DNA from: an uncultured Bifidobacterium sp.
GTDB taxonomy: Bacteria > Actinomycetota > Actinomycetes > S36-B12 > UBA5976
Direction: 5' to 3'
DNA: 64,000 nucleotides
NCBI GenBank assembly: GCA_964655115.1
Contig: CAZZKM010000001.1
Location: 91,708 to 155,707 of the forward strand
This document shows, piece by piece, positions 19,575 to 30,799 of this stretch (the stretch's first letter is position 1; each line of letters starts with the position of its first letter). A program made the position numbers and the translations under genes. The notes under the pieces are model-generated. The model did not search any database. It had not been told where the DNA came from and was given only the letters and a program-made list of their open reading frames with translations.

Positions 19575-21425
19575 ATGTGTGGAATTGTCGGTTATGTAGG
19601 AAATAAGCAGGCTCTTAATGTTGTAGTTGAGGGCTTACGAAAACTTGAGTATCGAGGTTATGACTCAGCTGGTGTTGCTGTTGTTAATGACAACAAATTA
19701 AATGTTAGAAAAAAAGCAGGTAAATTAACTAATTTAGAAACTCTCATCGGATCAGATCCACTTCCTGACTCAACAACTGCAATAGGTCACACTCGCTGGG
19801 CAACACATGGAATCCCAAATGATGCTAATGCACATCCTCACGTTGATGAATCAAATGAAATAGCAGTTATTCATAACGGAATAATTGAAAACTTTGCAGA
19901 ATTAAGAAAAGAATTACAAAATAATGGAGTCAAACTAAATAGTGATACTGACACTGAAGTTGTAGCCCATTTACTTAATGTGGAATATCCAAAATCAAAT
20001 AATGATTTAGCAGAAAGTATGCGAAAAGTTGTGAGAAGACTTAAAGGCGCATTTACTTTAGTTGCAGTTCATGCTCAACAACCAGACGTTGTAGTAGGTG
20101 CTAGAAGAAATTCACCCTTGGTGGTTGGTAAAGGAAATGGAGAAAACTTTTTAGCATCAGATGTAGCAGCATTTATTGCACACACAAAGAATGCAATTGA
20201 ATTAGGTCAAGATCAAGTCGTTGAACTAAGACACAACAAAATCACTATTACAGATTTTGATGGCAAGCCTGCACAAACTAAAGAATTTGTAGTTAATTGG
20301 GATGCAAAAGCTGCTGAGAAAGGTGGCTTTGATTTATTTATGTTGAAAGAAATTTTTGAGCAACCAAAAGCAGTAGCTGAAACTTTAGTGGGAAGACTTG
20401 CTCAAGATGGAAAATTGGTTTTAGAAGAAATGAAACTTTCTATCGGAGAAATTGCCAACATTGAAAAAATAATATTTGTAGCTTGTGGAACCGCTTATCA
20501 CTCAGGACTAATTGGTAAATATGCCATGGAACGCTGGACCAGAATTCCTTGCGAAGTAGAACTTGCCAGTGAATTTAGATATCGAGATCCAATATTAAAT
20601 GAAAGAACTTTAGTTGTTGCAATTTCTCAAAGTGGTGAAACTATGGACACGTTGATGGCGATAAGACATGCTAAATCTCAAAAAGCAAAAGTATTGGCTA
20701 TTTGCAATACACAAGGTTCCACAATTCCACGAGAATCAGATGCAGTTTTATATACCCGTGGCGGACCAGAAATTGCAGTAGCTTCTACAAAAGCATTTTT
20801 AACTCAAGTAGTGGCTGTGGAATTATTAGCACTTTATTTTGCTGAATTAAGACTAGATAAACCAACGGAAGAAATAAAACAAGTGATGACTGAATTGGCA
20901 GATATTTCTCATCAAATAGACACAGTTTTAGATACCACAGATGCTGTTAATGAATTGGCTAAAAAATATGTAAATGCTCAAAGTGTTTTGTTTATTGGAA
21001 GACATGTGGGTTATCCAGTTGCTTTAGAAGGTGCATTAAAACTTAAAGAACTTGCTTATATGCATGCTGAAGGTTTTGCTGCCGGTGAATTAAAACATGG
21101 CCCTATTGCATTAATTGAAGAGGGAATTCCCGTAGTTATTGTGGTGCCAAGTGTGAGAGAAGAAAAGGAATTACACGAAAAAGTAGTTTCAAATATTCAG
21201 GAAGTAAGAGCAAGAGGAGCAAAAACAATATTGGTAGTTGAAGAAGGAGATGATTCAATAGTTGATTTTGCAGATCACATAATCAGAATTCCAAAAACAA
21301 GTTCACTTTTACAACCACTTGTTGCTACAGTTCCATTGCAAGTATTTTCATGCGCACTAGCCACACTCAAAGGTCACGATGTTGACCAACCCCGTAATCT
21401 GGCTAAATCAGTCACAGTTGAATAA
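19575..21425 (+). CDS. glmS: glutamine--fructose-6-phosphate aminotransferase (isomerizing)
   Basis: 616 aa with N-terminal MCGIVGY nucleophile, two SIS domains and C-terminal NLAKSVTVE. Confidence 0.95.
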   Translation: MCGIVGYVGNKQALNVVVEGLRKLEYRGYDSAGVAVVNDNKLNVRKKAGKLTNLETLIGSDPLPDSTTAIGHTRWATHGIPNDANAHPHVDESNEIAVIHNGIIENFAELRKELQNNGVKLNSDTDTEVVAHLLNVEYPKSNNDLAESMRKVVRRLKGAFTLVAVHAQQPDVVVGARRNSPLVVGKGNGENFLASDVAAFIAHTKNAIELGQDQVVELRHNKITITDFDGKPAQTKEFVVNWDAKAAEKGGFDLFMLKEIFEQPKAVAETLVGRLAQDGKLVLEEMKLSIGEIANIEKIIFVACGTAYHSGLIGKYAMERWTRIPCEVELASEFRYRDPILNERTLVVAISQSGETMDTLMAIRHAKSQKAKVLAICNTQGSTIPRESDAVLYTRGGPEIAVASTKAFLTQVVAVELLALYFAELRLDKPTEEIKQVMTELADISHQIDTVLDTTDAVNELAKKYVNAQSVLFIGRHVGYPVALEGALKLKELAYMHAEGFAAGELKHGPIALIEEGIPVVIVVPSVREEKELHEKVVSNIQEVRARGAKTILVVEEGDDSIVDFADHIIRIPKTSSLLQPLVATVPLQVFSCALATLKGHDVDQPRNLAKSVTVE

Positions 21426-21437
21426 AAGGATTTATAA

Positions 21438-21809
21438 ATGATTATTGGTATTGGTGTTGATGTAGTTGATACTCCAAGATTTCAAGGATCATTAATTAGA
21501 ACTCCAGGATTATCAACCAGATTATTTACACCAAAAGAATTAGCTCAACCAGGCGGTAAAGGTGAAAATGCAGTTTCGCTTGCTGCAAGATTTGCTGCAA
21601 AAGAAGCAGTTGCAAAAGCATTAGGTGCTCCAGCAGGCTTAAGTTGGCAAGATTGCGAAATTCTTCTGGGGGATCGCGGAAAACCTTATTTAGAAGTAAG
21701 TGGAACTGTATTAAAAGAATCTCAACGCCAAGGAATTACCAATTGGCATTTATCTTTATCCCACGATGGAAATGTGGCAACAGCTTTTGTTATTGCCGAA
21801 AAACAATAA
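21438..21809 (+). CDS. acpS: holo-[acyl-carrier-protein] synthase
   Basis: 123 aa, [11 protein letters not shown]...[12 protein letters not shown]...SLSHDG. Confidence 0.85.
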   Translation: MIIGIGVDVVDTPRFQGSLIRTPGLSTRLFTPKELAQPGGKGENAVSLAARFAAKEAVAKALGAPAGLSWQDCEILLGDRGKPYLEVSGTVLKESQRQGITNWHLSLSHDGNVATAFVIAEKQ

Positions 21810-21829
21810 AAATTTAGGAAAAATTACTA

Positions 21830-22960
21830 ATGAGTAATTTAAGAAGTGCATATGTTGATTTATCAGCAATCAGAGACAACGTAAAAGTATTGCAAGGTTT
21901 TGCTAAAAATTCAGAAATAATGGCAGTCGTAAAAGCAGATGCTTATGGTCATGGTCTTATTGAAGTTTCAAAAGCAGCAAGACAAGGTGGTGCAACTTGG
22001 CTTGGGACCGCACTTTTGGAAGAAGCAATTAGTTTAAGAAATGCAGGCGACAAAGGAAGAATTCTTACTTGGCTTGGATCTCCAAATGATAAGTGGCAAG
22101 AATGTATTTCTTTGGATATTGATATCTCAGTTTCTTCAATAGAAATTTTATCGGAAGTAATTAGTGCCTCAAAAAAAATTGGAAAACCTGCAAGAGTGCA
22201 TATTAAAGTTGATACTGGCTTAGGTCGAAATGGAGTTATGCCAGATGATTTAGAAGAACTTTCTAAATTATTAGAAGAAGCAAAAGCTTTAGGATTAGTT
22301 GAAGTAGTTGCAGTATGGACACATTTTGCTTTAGCAGATGCACCAAGTAGTCCAACTATTAAAAGACAATTAATTATTCTTGATGATTGTTTTAAATATC
22401 TAGAGTCAAGAGGCTTTAAAAATTTAATGAAACATGCAGCAAATAGCGCAGCAACTTTAACTTCACCTGATGCTCACTTTGATTTAGTAAGACCAGGAAT
22501 TGCCGTTTATGGAATAACTCCAGGTGGAGAGTTAAAAAGTGCTAGTGAATATGGTTTAAGACCTGCAATGAGTTTAAAAGCCCAAGTTGCTTTGGTCAAA
22601 GAAGTACCAGCAGGTCATGGCATTTCTTATGGGGCTGAATATGTGACAAAGACAAATACCAAAATTGCTCTTATTCCACTTGGTTATGCAGATGGAATTC
22701 CTCGAATCGCTGGAAACAAAGGACCAGTAGTTGCTAAGGGTAAAAAATTTAGCGTGGCAGGAAGAGTTTGTATGGATCAATTTGTTATCGATATTGGAGA
22801 TTTAGATTTAAAAATGGGAGATGAGGTTACTCTTTTTGGTGATTTATCAAAAAATGAACCAGATGTTGAAGAATGGGCTAAAGCTTCATTAAGTATTGGT
22901 TATGAAATTGTCACTAGATTAGGGCCAAGAGTTCCTAGAGTTTATTTAAACGAAATTTAA
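21830..22960 (+). CDS. alr: alanine racemase
   Basis: 376 aa with the PLP-Lys motif AVVKADAYGHG and VCMDQFVID. Confidence 0.9.
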   Translation: MSNLRSAYVDLSAIRDNVKVLQGFAKNSEIMAVVKADAYGHGLIEVSKAARQGGATWLGTALLEEAISLRNAGDKGRILTWLGSPNDKWQECISLDIDISVSSIEILSEVISASKKIGKPARVHIKVDTGLGRNGVMPDDLEELSKLLEEAKALGLVEVVAVWTHFALADAPSSPTIKRQLIILDDCFKYLESRGFKNLMKHAANSAATLTSPDAHFDLVRPGIAVYGITPGGELKSASEYGLRPAMSLKAQVALVKEVPAGHGISYGAEYVTKTNTKIALIPLGYADGIPRIAGNKGPVVAKGKKFSVAGRVCMDQFVIDIGDLDLKMGDEVTLFGDLSKNEPDVEEWAKASLSIGYEIVTRLGPRVPRVYLNEI

Positions 22961-22961
22961 A

Positions 22962-23414
22962 ATGGTTTTAAAAATAACGTCAAAATCAAATAAAGAAACT
23001 AAAGATCTAGGCGCTAAACTAGGCAAATTATTAAAAGCAGGCGATGCTGTTTTATTAGATGGTGAACTTGGGGTTGGAAAAACAACTTTTACTCAAGGTT
23101 TAGCAAGTAGTTTAAATATAAAAGGTGAAGTAACAAGCCCTACTTTTGTTATTGCACGAGAACATAAATCTTTAGATAACAAAGCAAACTTAGTGCATGT
23201 AGATGCTTATCGACTATCAACTTTAGCTGAAATTTCACAACTTGATTTAACAAGTGACTTAGAAGAATCAATTTTAGTTGTGGAATGGGGTAAAGGCTTA
23301 GTTAATGATTTAGTTGATAATCCAATAAAAGTCAAAATAACTCATACAGAAAATGAAAATGAACGTGAAATTGAAATTGATGCACCTGAAACAATAATAG
23401 GAAAACTTTCATGA
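22962..23414 (+). CDS. tsaE: tRNA t6A37 biosynthesis ATPase TsaE
   Basis: 150 aa with P-loop GELGVGKTTF, SPTF and HVDAYRL. Confidence 0.85.
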   Translation: MVLKITSKSNKETKDLGAKLGKLLKAGDAVLLDGELGVGKTTFTQGLASSLNIKGEVTSPTFVIAREHKSLDNKANLVHVDAYRLSTLAEISQLDLTSDLEESILVVEWGKGLVNDLVDNPIKVKITHTENENEREIEIDAPETIIGKLS

Positions 23415-24088
23415 GCGCACCTAACAATGTTTTAGCTATAGATACTTCAACAAATCGAATAGCTGTTGGACTAATTCAATTTGCAAAAGATGAAAGAATA
23501 ATTGTGAAAGATGATGCACTAAGACATGCAGAATATGCCTCACAATTAATAGGTGAAATTGTTGATAGTTCTAAATTAAATTTTTCTGAAATAGGTGCGA
23601 TTGTTTGTGGAATTGGTCCTGGCCCTTTTACAGGATTAAGAGTAGGAATTGTAAGTGCGCAAACAATTGGTTTTGCTTTAAATATTCCTGTTTATGGGGT
23701 ATGTAGTCATGATGCTATTGCGTCTGAATTTAATTTAAACAATCCCAATAAAGAGGTCACTGTAATTACAGACGCCAGAAGAAAAGAAGTGTATTGGACC
23801 CATTATGCAAATGGAAAAAGAATTTCTACTCCTAAGGTTTCAAAATTAGATGAGGTAGTAATCAAAGGGACAAAACTGCTACATCAGCCGCTTAATCCTT
23901 TATTTTTAGCCAAGGCAGCAATTGAGGCATTGAATAGATCAGAAATTGGTAAAGAAATAAATAGTTTTTCCACAGATCATGCTTTGGGTGATGGATCTGT
24001 GGTATCTCTTCCCAATCAAGTACTGCTTCCTCCTATTCCTCTTTATTTAAGAAAACCAGATGCATTGACTTTGGCTGAGCGATCATGA
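23411..24088 (+). CDS. tsaB: tRNA t6A37 biosynthesis protein TsaB
   Basis: 225 aa, LAIDTST...GPGPFTGLRVGI. 4-nt overlaps with tsaE and rimI. Confidence 0.8.
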   Translation: MSAPNNVLAIDTSTNRIAVGLIQFAKDERIIVKDDALRHAEYASQLIGEIVDSSKLNFSEIGAIVCGIGPGPFTGLRVGIVSAQTIGFALNIPVYGVCSHDAIASEFNLNNPNKEVTVITDARRKEVYWTHYANGKRISTPKVSKLDEVVIKGTKLLHQPLNPLFLAKAAIEALNRSEIGKEINSFSTDHALGDGSVVSLPNQVLLPPIPLYLRKPDALTLAERS

Positions 24089-24537
24089 ATTTAACAATTA
24101 CAGATTTTTCCTGGTGGCATGTTGCAAAAGCACACAAAATAGATCAAGCAGCATTCAATGCCACAGCTTGGTCATTGGAAACTTTTTGGTCAGAACTTTC
24201 AGCACTAAACCGTTATTACATTGCCTTAATTGATGATAATAAAGAAATTGTAGGTTTTGCAGGTCTTGCATTTAACGGATCAGATGCTGATGTTCAAACT
24301 ATGGTTGTAAAACCTGAATATCAAAATCTAGGATATGGAAAAAAACTATTAGATAATCTAATTGAAAAAATTAAAGAGAAAAAAATAAATAGAGTTTTTC
24401 TAGAAGTTGTTGCAGATAATGAGCCAGCAATAAAATTATACAAATCAAGAGATTTTGAAATAATCTCTAAAAGAAGTAATTATTATCCAAACGGTAAAGA
24501 TGCTGTAATTATGCAATTAGATTTGAGAAAAAAATGA
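24085..24537 (+). CDS. rimI: ribosomal-protein-alanine N-acetyltransferase (GNAT)
   Basis: 150 aa with the GNAT acetyl-CoA motif [15 protein letters not shown]. Canonical tsaB-rimI-tsaD position. Confidence 0.8.
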   Translation: MNLTITDFSWWHVAKAHKIDQAAFNATAWSLETFWSELSALNRYYIALIDDNKEIVGFAGLAFNGSDADVQTMVVKPEYQNLGYGKKLLDNLIEKIKEKKINRVFLEVVADNEPAIKLYKSRDFEIISKRSNYYPNGKDAVIMQLDLRKK

Positions 24538-25574
24538 ATCCTTTAATTCTAGGAATTGAAACTTCTTGTGATGAAACTGGAATTGGCATAGTTAGAGGAT
24601 CAGAATTATTAGCAGATGTTTTAGCATCATCTGTTGAAGAACAAGCAAGATTTGGTGGGGTGGTTCCAGAAGTTGCATCAAGAGCTCATGTGGAAGCTAT
24701 GGTGCCAATTTTAAAAAGAGTTGTTCAAAAAGCAGGAGTTAAATTAACTGATCTTGACGCAATTGCAGTAACCAGTGGTCCGGGTTTAGCAGGTGCGTTA
24801 GTTGTAGGGGTTGCAGCTGCAAAAGCTTTAGCAGTTTCTTTAAATAAACCAATTTATGGAGTAAATCATTTAGCAGCACACGTTGCAGTTGATACTTTAG
24901 AAAATGGTGATTTGCCAGAACCTTGTTTAGCACTTTTAGTAAGTGGAGGACATTCTTCGCTCTTGCAAGTAGACAATATTTCTTACAAAATAACTTCTTT
25001 AGGAAAAACTTTGGATGATGCAGCTGGAGAAGCATTTGACAAAGTTGCTCGAGTTTTGGGTTTACCATTTCCAGGTGGTCCTTGGATTGATAAAGCAAGC
25101 CAATGTGGAGATCCTTTAAGTATTGAATTTCCAAAAGGTTTAATGAGCAAAGAAGATTTACTTGAACATAAATTTGATTTTTCTTTTTCAGGATTAAAAA
25201 CAGCAGTTGCAAGATGGGTTGAGGCTTGGCAAAAAACTGGAGAAATCTTGCCAGTTTCTGATATTGCAGCCTCTTTTCAAGAAGCAGTTGTTGAAGTCTT
25301 AATTAAAAAAACTTTAATGGCTGCAAAAGATACTGGAATTGAAACTGTAGTAATTGGGGGAGGAGTTGCTGCAAATTCAAGATTAAGAACTATGGCACAA
25401 AGCATGGCAGAAAAAGAAAATATTAAAGTAAGAATTCCTCGATCTGGATTATGCACAGATAATGGAGCCATGGTGGCTGCATTAGGTTCACATTTATTTA
25501 AAAATCAAATCGAATTTTCAAATATTACTTTTGAAGTTGATCCGATTTTACCTATTACAATTCAAAAGAATTAA
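24534..25574 (+). CDS. tsaD: tRNA N6-adenosine threonylcarbamoyltransferase
   Basis: 346 aa with [25 protein letters not shown] and CTDNGAM. Confidence 0.9.
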   Translation: MNPLILGIETSCDETGIGIVRGSELLADVLASSVEEQARFGGVVPEVASRAHVEAMVPILKRVVQKAGVKLTDLDAIAVTSGPGLAGALVVGVAAAKALAVSLNKPIYGVNHLAAHVAVDTLENGDLPEPCLALLVSGGHSSLLQVDNISYKITSLGKTLDDAAGEAFDKVARVLGLPFPGGPWIDKASQCGDPLSIEFPKGLMSKEDLLEHKFDFSFSGLKTAVARWVEAWQKTGEILPVSDIAASFQEAVVEVLIKKTLMAAKDTGIETVVIGGGVAANSRLRTMAQSMAEKENIKVRIPRSGLCTDNGAMVAALGSHLFKNQIEFSNITFEVDPILPITIQKN

Positions 25575-26158
25575 AGTTTAAAACTTGGATATTCATCAGT
25601 TACTAAAATAACTGCATATCCTAAAACTCTATTCCAGTATTGAAATGTTCTATATACAAAATCTCCAGCCCATTTTGGATATTGAGCTGTGATAAAGGTA
25701 TAAACCCAGGCAATTAAAGTTAAAAGGATTGCAATTGCTAAATAGATAAATCCAACTATGGCCAAAGGAAGTGCTAATAGCCATTTAATTAGTGGCAGAA
25801 ACCTATTTAACTTTTTTCCACCATTTATTTCTGGAAAGGAAATTTTTACTACCGGATTTTCTTCAATTGATGGATATTTATCTGTTAGTAAATAAAGATA
25901 AGCTAAAAATCTAGTTCCTAATCCAAGAAGGTCTTTATTGAAGTTTAAAAAGTAACTTGGATAAATTCCTGTGAACAAAAGGGATAAAACAATTGGCAAA
26001 GAAAATAAAACCACAGGTCCCCAAGCATTAGGTGAAAATTGGCTAATGATTGCGATAAAGGCAGCTACTGGCAGAGCATAAATTAAACGAAAGAAAACAC
26101 TTAAACGATCTCTTTTAACGTAGCTAATTTTAATTTGAGTTTGAATTTGATTTTTCAT
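25571..26158 (-). CDS. DUF4389-like integral membrane protein
   Basis: 195 aa with 4-5 TM helices, [14 protein letters not shown] and a C-terminal TDEYPSF motif. Shares a TTAA stop with tsaD. Confidence 0.5.
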   Translation of the reverse strand: MKNQIQTQIKISYVKRDRLSVFFRLIYALPVAAFIAIISQFSPNAWGPVVLFSLPIVLSLLFTGIYPSYFLNFNKDLLGLGTRFLAYLYLLTDKYPSIEENPVVKISFPEINGGKKLNRFLPLIKWLLALPLAIVGFIYLAIAILLTLIAWVYTFITAQYPKWAGDFVYRTFQYWNRVLGYAVILVTDEYPSFKL

Positions 26159-26251
26159 TACTACCTTTCTGGGCGTTATTTTTCAGACTACTGCCAAAAA
26201 TGCAGTTACTAGGCCCAAGGCGAGCGCATTGAGGTCAAATTCACCAAGGCT

Positions 26252-26278
26252 CTGGCACTCAAGTTGAGGGAGTGCTAA
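26252..26278 (+). promoter_or_regulatory. CIRCE operator (HrcA binding site) overlapping the groES promoter
   Basis: CTGGCACTC-N9-GAGTGCTAA versus the consensus TTAGCACTC-N9-GAGTGCTAA. A candidate -35 TTGAGG (26264-26269) lies inside it, and a -10 TAAGTT (26287-26292) follows 17 nt downstream. Confidence 0.8.
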
Positions 26279-26370
26279 AGCATTGGTAAGTTATCTCTTA
26301 AGACCTTTTAGGGAGAAATCCTCAAAGAGGTTCAATAAAACACTCAATCCCATGAAGGGGTAACAGATCC

Positions 26371-26670
26371 GTGGCGGTCCAAATTAAACCATTAGAGGAT
26401 CGAATCCTCGTTGAAGTACTAGACGCTGAAACCAAAACTGCGTCAGGCTTAGTAATTCCTGACACTGCTAAAGAAAAACCTCAAGAAGGAAAAGTCTTGG
26501 CAGTTGGCCCAGGTCGTTTTGATGAAGATGGCGAAAAGCGCATTCCTATGGATATCAAAGTAGGAGACACCGTTATTTTCTCTAAATACGGCGGAACCGA
26601 AGTTAGCTATGACGGCAAAGACTATTTGTTGTTATCAGCACGCGATGTGCTCGCAGTCGTTTCAAAATAA
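26371..26670 (+). CDS. groES: co-chaperonin GroES
   Basis: 99 aa, GTG start, [12 protein letters not shown]...[23 protein letters not shown]. Confidence 0.95.
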   Translation: MAVQIKPLEDRILVEVLDAETKTASGLVIPDTAKEKPQEGKVLAVGPGRFDEDGEKRIPMDIKVGDTVIFSKYGGTEVSYDGKDYLLLSARDVLAVVSK

Positions 26671-26688
26671 GAAACCTTAATTATCAAA

Positions 26689-28358
<1,670 letters not shown>

Positions 28359-28373
28359 TTAGTAATTAATTTT

Positions 28374-28411
28374 AAGAGGCGCTTAAATATTTAAGCGCCT
28401 CTTATTTTTTT
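28374..28411 (+). terminator. intrinsic terminator of groEL
   Basis: AAGAGGCGCTTAAAT/ATTTAAGCGCCTCTT palindrome followed by ATTTTTTTT. It overlaps the 3' end of the convergent CopC gene. Confidence 0.8.
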
Positions 28412-28887
28412 CGCATTTTTAAGAAAAAAGTAATTGCTACACCAATCGCAGCACCCAAAGATAACCATTGCAGCCAGGAAATGTTGGAATTTGATTCTGG
28501 ATTTGGAGCAATTATTGGCATAGGGGTTTCAACTACTTCTTCTACAGTAATTTGGTCTTGTTCGATAGCCAATTGATAAACCAGTTCACCATCTAGGGGA
28601 TGACCATCACTTGCAACTGTTTTATAAGCAATTGAAAAACTTGTTCCTGTTAAGTCTTGTGGAATTGAAATAAATAAATTGGCTTCTTCAATTCGAATAC
28701 TTGCTTCTACACTTCCTGATTCTGAAGTGATAGAAGCAAAAGTTCCATCCGTAATTACAGGTTCTGAAAAAGATAATTTAACTTCAGTTGGTAAAACTGT
28801 CAGCGTTTGATTTGTATCAGGTTCAACACTTACTACTTCTGTGTGAGCAAAAGAAATAGTGGGGATTAACAAAAAAGTGCTTACCAA
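28402..28887 (-). CDS. CopC-domain copper-binding periplasmic protein with C-terminal TM anchor
   Basis: 161 aa. The mature N-terminus HTEVVSVEPDTNQTLTVLPTEVKLSFSEPV matches the CopC pattern, and a C-terminal TM helix is present. The start is possibly upstream at an AUU codon (28920; see findings). Confidence 0.7.
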   Translation of the reverse strand: MVSTFLLIPTISFAHTEVVSVEPDTNQTLTVLPTEVKLSFSEPVITDGTFASITSESGSVEASIRIEEANLFISIPQDLTGTSFSIAYKTVASDGHPLDGELVYQLAIEQDQITVEEVVETPMPIIAPNPESNSNISWLQWLSLGAAIGVAITFFLKMRKK

Positions 28888-28895
28888 AAAAATTT

Positions 28896-29633
28896 TTAGC
28901 GTGTTCTTAAGATTAAGAATTGAAATCTTCCTTCCATGAAATATGTACGCGAGTACATAATTGGTTCTCCATCGCCAGCGTAGTGTATCTGTTGTAATAA
29001 AAGGAATAAATCATTAGTGGGACGTTGGTCACCCCATCCAATATTTTTATCAATTACTGCATGAACTTCTGCTAAAGCTCTTAAAGGTCGTTGATTAATT
29101 GAATCTAAACTGGAAAAAACACTTCCAGTTTTCATTTCTTCAACTACTTCTGGTGGCACTGAGGCAATATTTATGGTGTCGTATGAGTAAGCAACTGCTT
29201 TGTTATCAGCCAATACTGCTCTTTCTAAATAAAGAACTGAATCGGCATTATCAAGTTGAAGTTTCTCTATTTCTTGTTTGTTGGCAGGCCTGATTACTGC
29301 AGTTTTGTATTCCATTCCTGGGCTATATCCAAGTTCACTGATTGTTTCTGACATGGATCTAAGTTCATTTAGTCCAGTAGGTATGGCTCTTCCAAAATCA
29401 TTTACATAAGTTCCTGAACCATGACGAATATCGACCAGCCCTTGATACTCCAATGTTTTAAGAGCGGTGCGAACTGTGACTCGAGAGACTTTGTAGGTAG
29501 AAGCTAATTCAGATTCACTATGAATTTTTTCTCCCGGATGCCATTCTTTGTTAAGAATTCGTCGACGAATGTCATCGCTAATGCGACGGGTGAGACTAGC
29601 CCTTGCCCCAAACTGCTCTGGAGAGCTACTCAT
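28896..29633 (-). CDS. GntR/HutC-family transcriptional regulator (wHTH + UTRA effector domain)
   Basis: 245 aa with SESELASTYKVSRVTVRTALKTLEYQGLV and a C-terminal UTRA-like domain. Divergent from the mtnA-like operon. Confidence 0.85.
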   Translation of the reverse strand: MSSSPEQFGARASLTRRISDDIRRRILNKEWHPGEKIHSESELASTYKVSRVTVRTALKTLEYQGLVDIRHGSGTYVNDFGRAIPTGLNELRSMSETISELGYSPGMEYKTAVIRPANKQEIEKLQLDNADSVLYLERAVLADNKAVAYSYDTINIASVPPEVVEEMKTGSVFSSLDSINQRPLRALAEVHAVIDKNIGWGDQRPTNDLFLLLQQIHYAGDGEPIMYSRTYFMEGRFQFLILRTR

Positions 29634-29715
29634 ATAGACCCCATTTTCATTTCTATTTGATAACGCTTTTCCTTAGGGAGTTGACAATTTACACGATATC
29701 TATGAGGCTATTCCC

Positions 29716-29736
29716 AATAGTTGTAGGACAACTATT
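29716..29736 (+). promoter_or_regulatory. palindromic operator, copy 1 (candidate GntR/HutC site)
   Basis: AATAGTTGT-AGG-ACAACTATT, a perfect 9+9 inverted repeat 22 nt upstream of the mtnA-like TTG start. A TTGACA box lies at 29681-29686. Confidence 0.6.
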
Positions 29737-29758
29737 GACTAACAAATAAGGATGGAAG

Positions 29759-30799
29759 TTGAGCGCAGATATAAGAGCCATTTCTTGGGTAGATGATGGG
29801 TTGACCCTTATTGACCAAACCAAATTGCCACACGCAGAAATAAATTTAAACATTAATACTGTTGATCAATTGGTTGAAGCAATTCAAAAACTTTCAGTCA
29901 GAGGTGCACCTGCACTTGGAGCAGCTGGTGCTTGGGGAGTAGTTGTCGCGATGCGGCAAGCTCAAAAAGAAAATTGGAACCAAGAAAAATTAAACAAAGA
30001 AATTTTAAGAATCAGAGATGCAAGACCAACTGCAGTTAATTTAGCTTGGGGTGTAGACAAAGTAAGTCATTTTATTTCTGAAGGTGTTGAAAAAGTTTTA
30101 GAGCAAGCAAATCAAATTGCTAAAGAAGATGAAGAGGGCAATCGAAAAATGGGAAAGTTTGGTTCAGATTGGATTGAATCAAAAGTAAAAAATAGACCAA
30201 TTAGAGCTTTGACGCATTGCAACACAGGATCTCTTGCTACTACAACTTGGGGAACTGCATTAGGTGTTATTAGAGAAATGAATTCAAGAGGAATTTTAAA
30301 ACATGTATTTGCAGATGAAACAAGACCATTATTACAAGGTGGAAGATTAACTGCTTGGGAATTAGCACACGAAAATATTGAACATTTTGTAATTGCAGAT
30401 GGCGCTGCTACAAGTATTATTGCTCGCGGTGAAGTTGATGTTGCATTAATAGGTGCCGATCGAGTTGCTGCAAATGGTGACACAGCAAATAAAATCGGAT
30501 CTTTTGCAGTTGCACTTGCTTGTAAATATGCAGGTATTCCGTTTGTAGTAGTAGCACCAGAATCAACTGTTGATGTGTCTACTAAATCTGAAAAAGATAT
30601 TCATATTGAATATCGGGATGAAAACGAAATATTAAGTTTAAATGGACAAAGAATTTCTCCATTGAAATCAAAAGGACTAAATCCAGCTTTTGATGTGACT
30701 CCTGCTGAGTTGATTTCAGCATTAGTTACAGAAAAAGGTGTTTATGAAATCAATAAGGGCGTTACCCCAGAATCGAAGATGGCAGGAATTAACAAGTGA
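29759..30799 (+). CDS. mtnA: eIF-2B/MtnA-family aldose-1-phosphate isomerase (5-methylthioribose-1-P / 5-deoxyribose-1-P isomerase-like)
   Basis: 346 aa, LIDQTKLPHAE...VRGAPALGAAGAWG...HCNTGSLAT...ADETRPLLQGGRLTAWEL...GADRVAANGDTANKIG. TTG start with RBS AAGGA. Confidence 0.8.
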   Translation: MSADIRAISWVDDGLTLIDQTKLPHAEINLNINTVDQLVEAIQKLSVRGAPALGAAGAWGVVVAMRQAQKENWNQEKLNKEILRIRDARPTAVNLAWGVDKVSHFISEGVEKVLEQANQIAKEDEEGNRKMGKFGSDWIESKVKNRPIRALTHCNTGSLATTTWGTALGVIREMNSRGILKHVFADETRPLLQGGRLTAWELAHENIEHFVIADGAATSIIARGEVDVALIGADRVAANGDTANKIGSFAVALACKYAGIPFVVVAPESTVDVSTKSEKDIHIEYRDENEILSLNGQRISPLKSKGLNPAFDVTPAELISALVTEKGVYEINKGVTPESKMAGINK

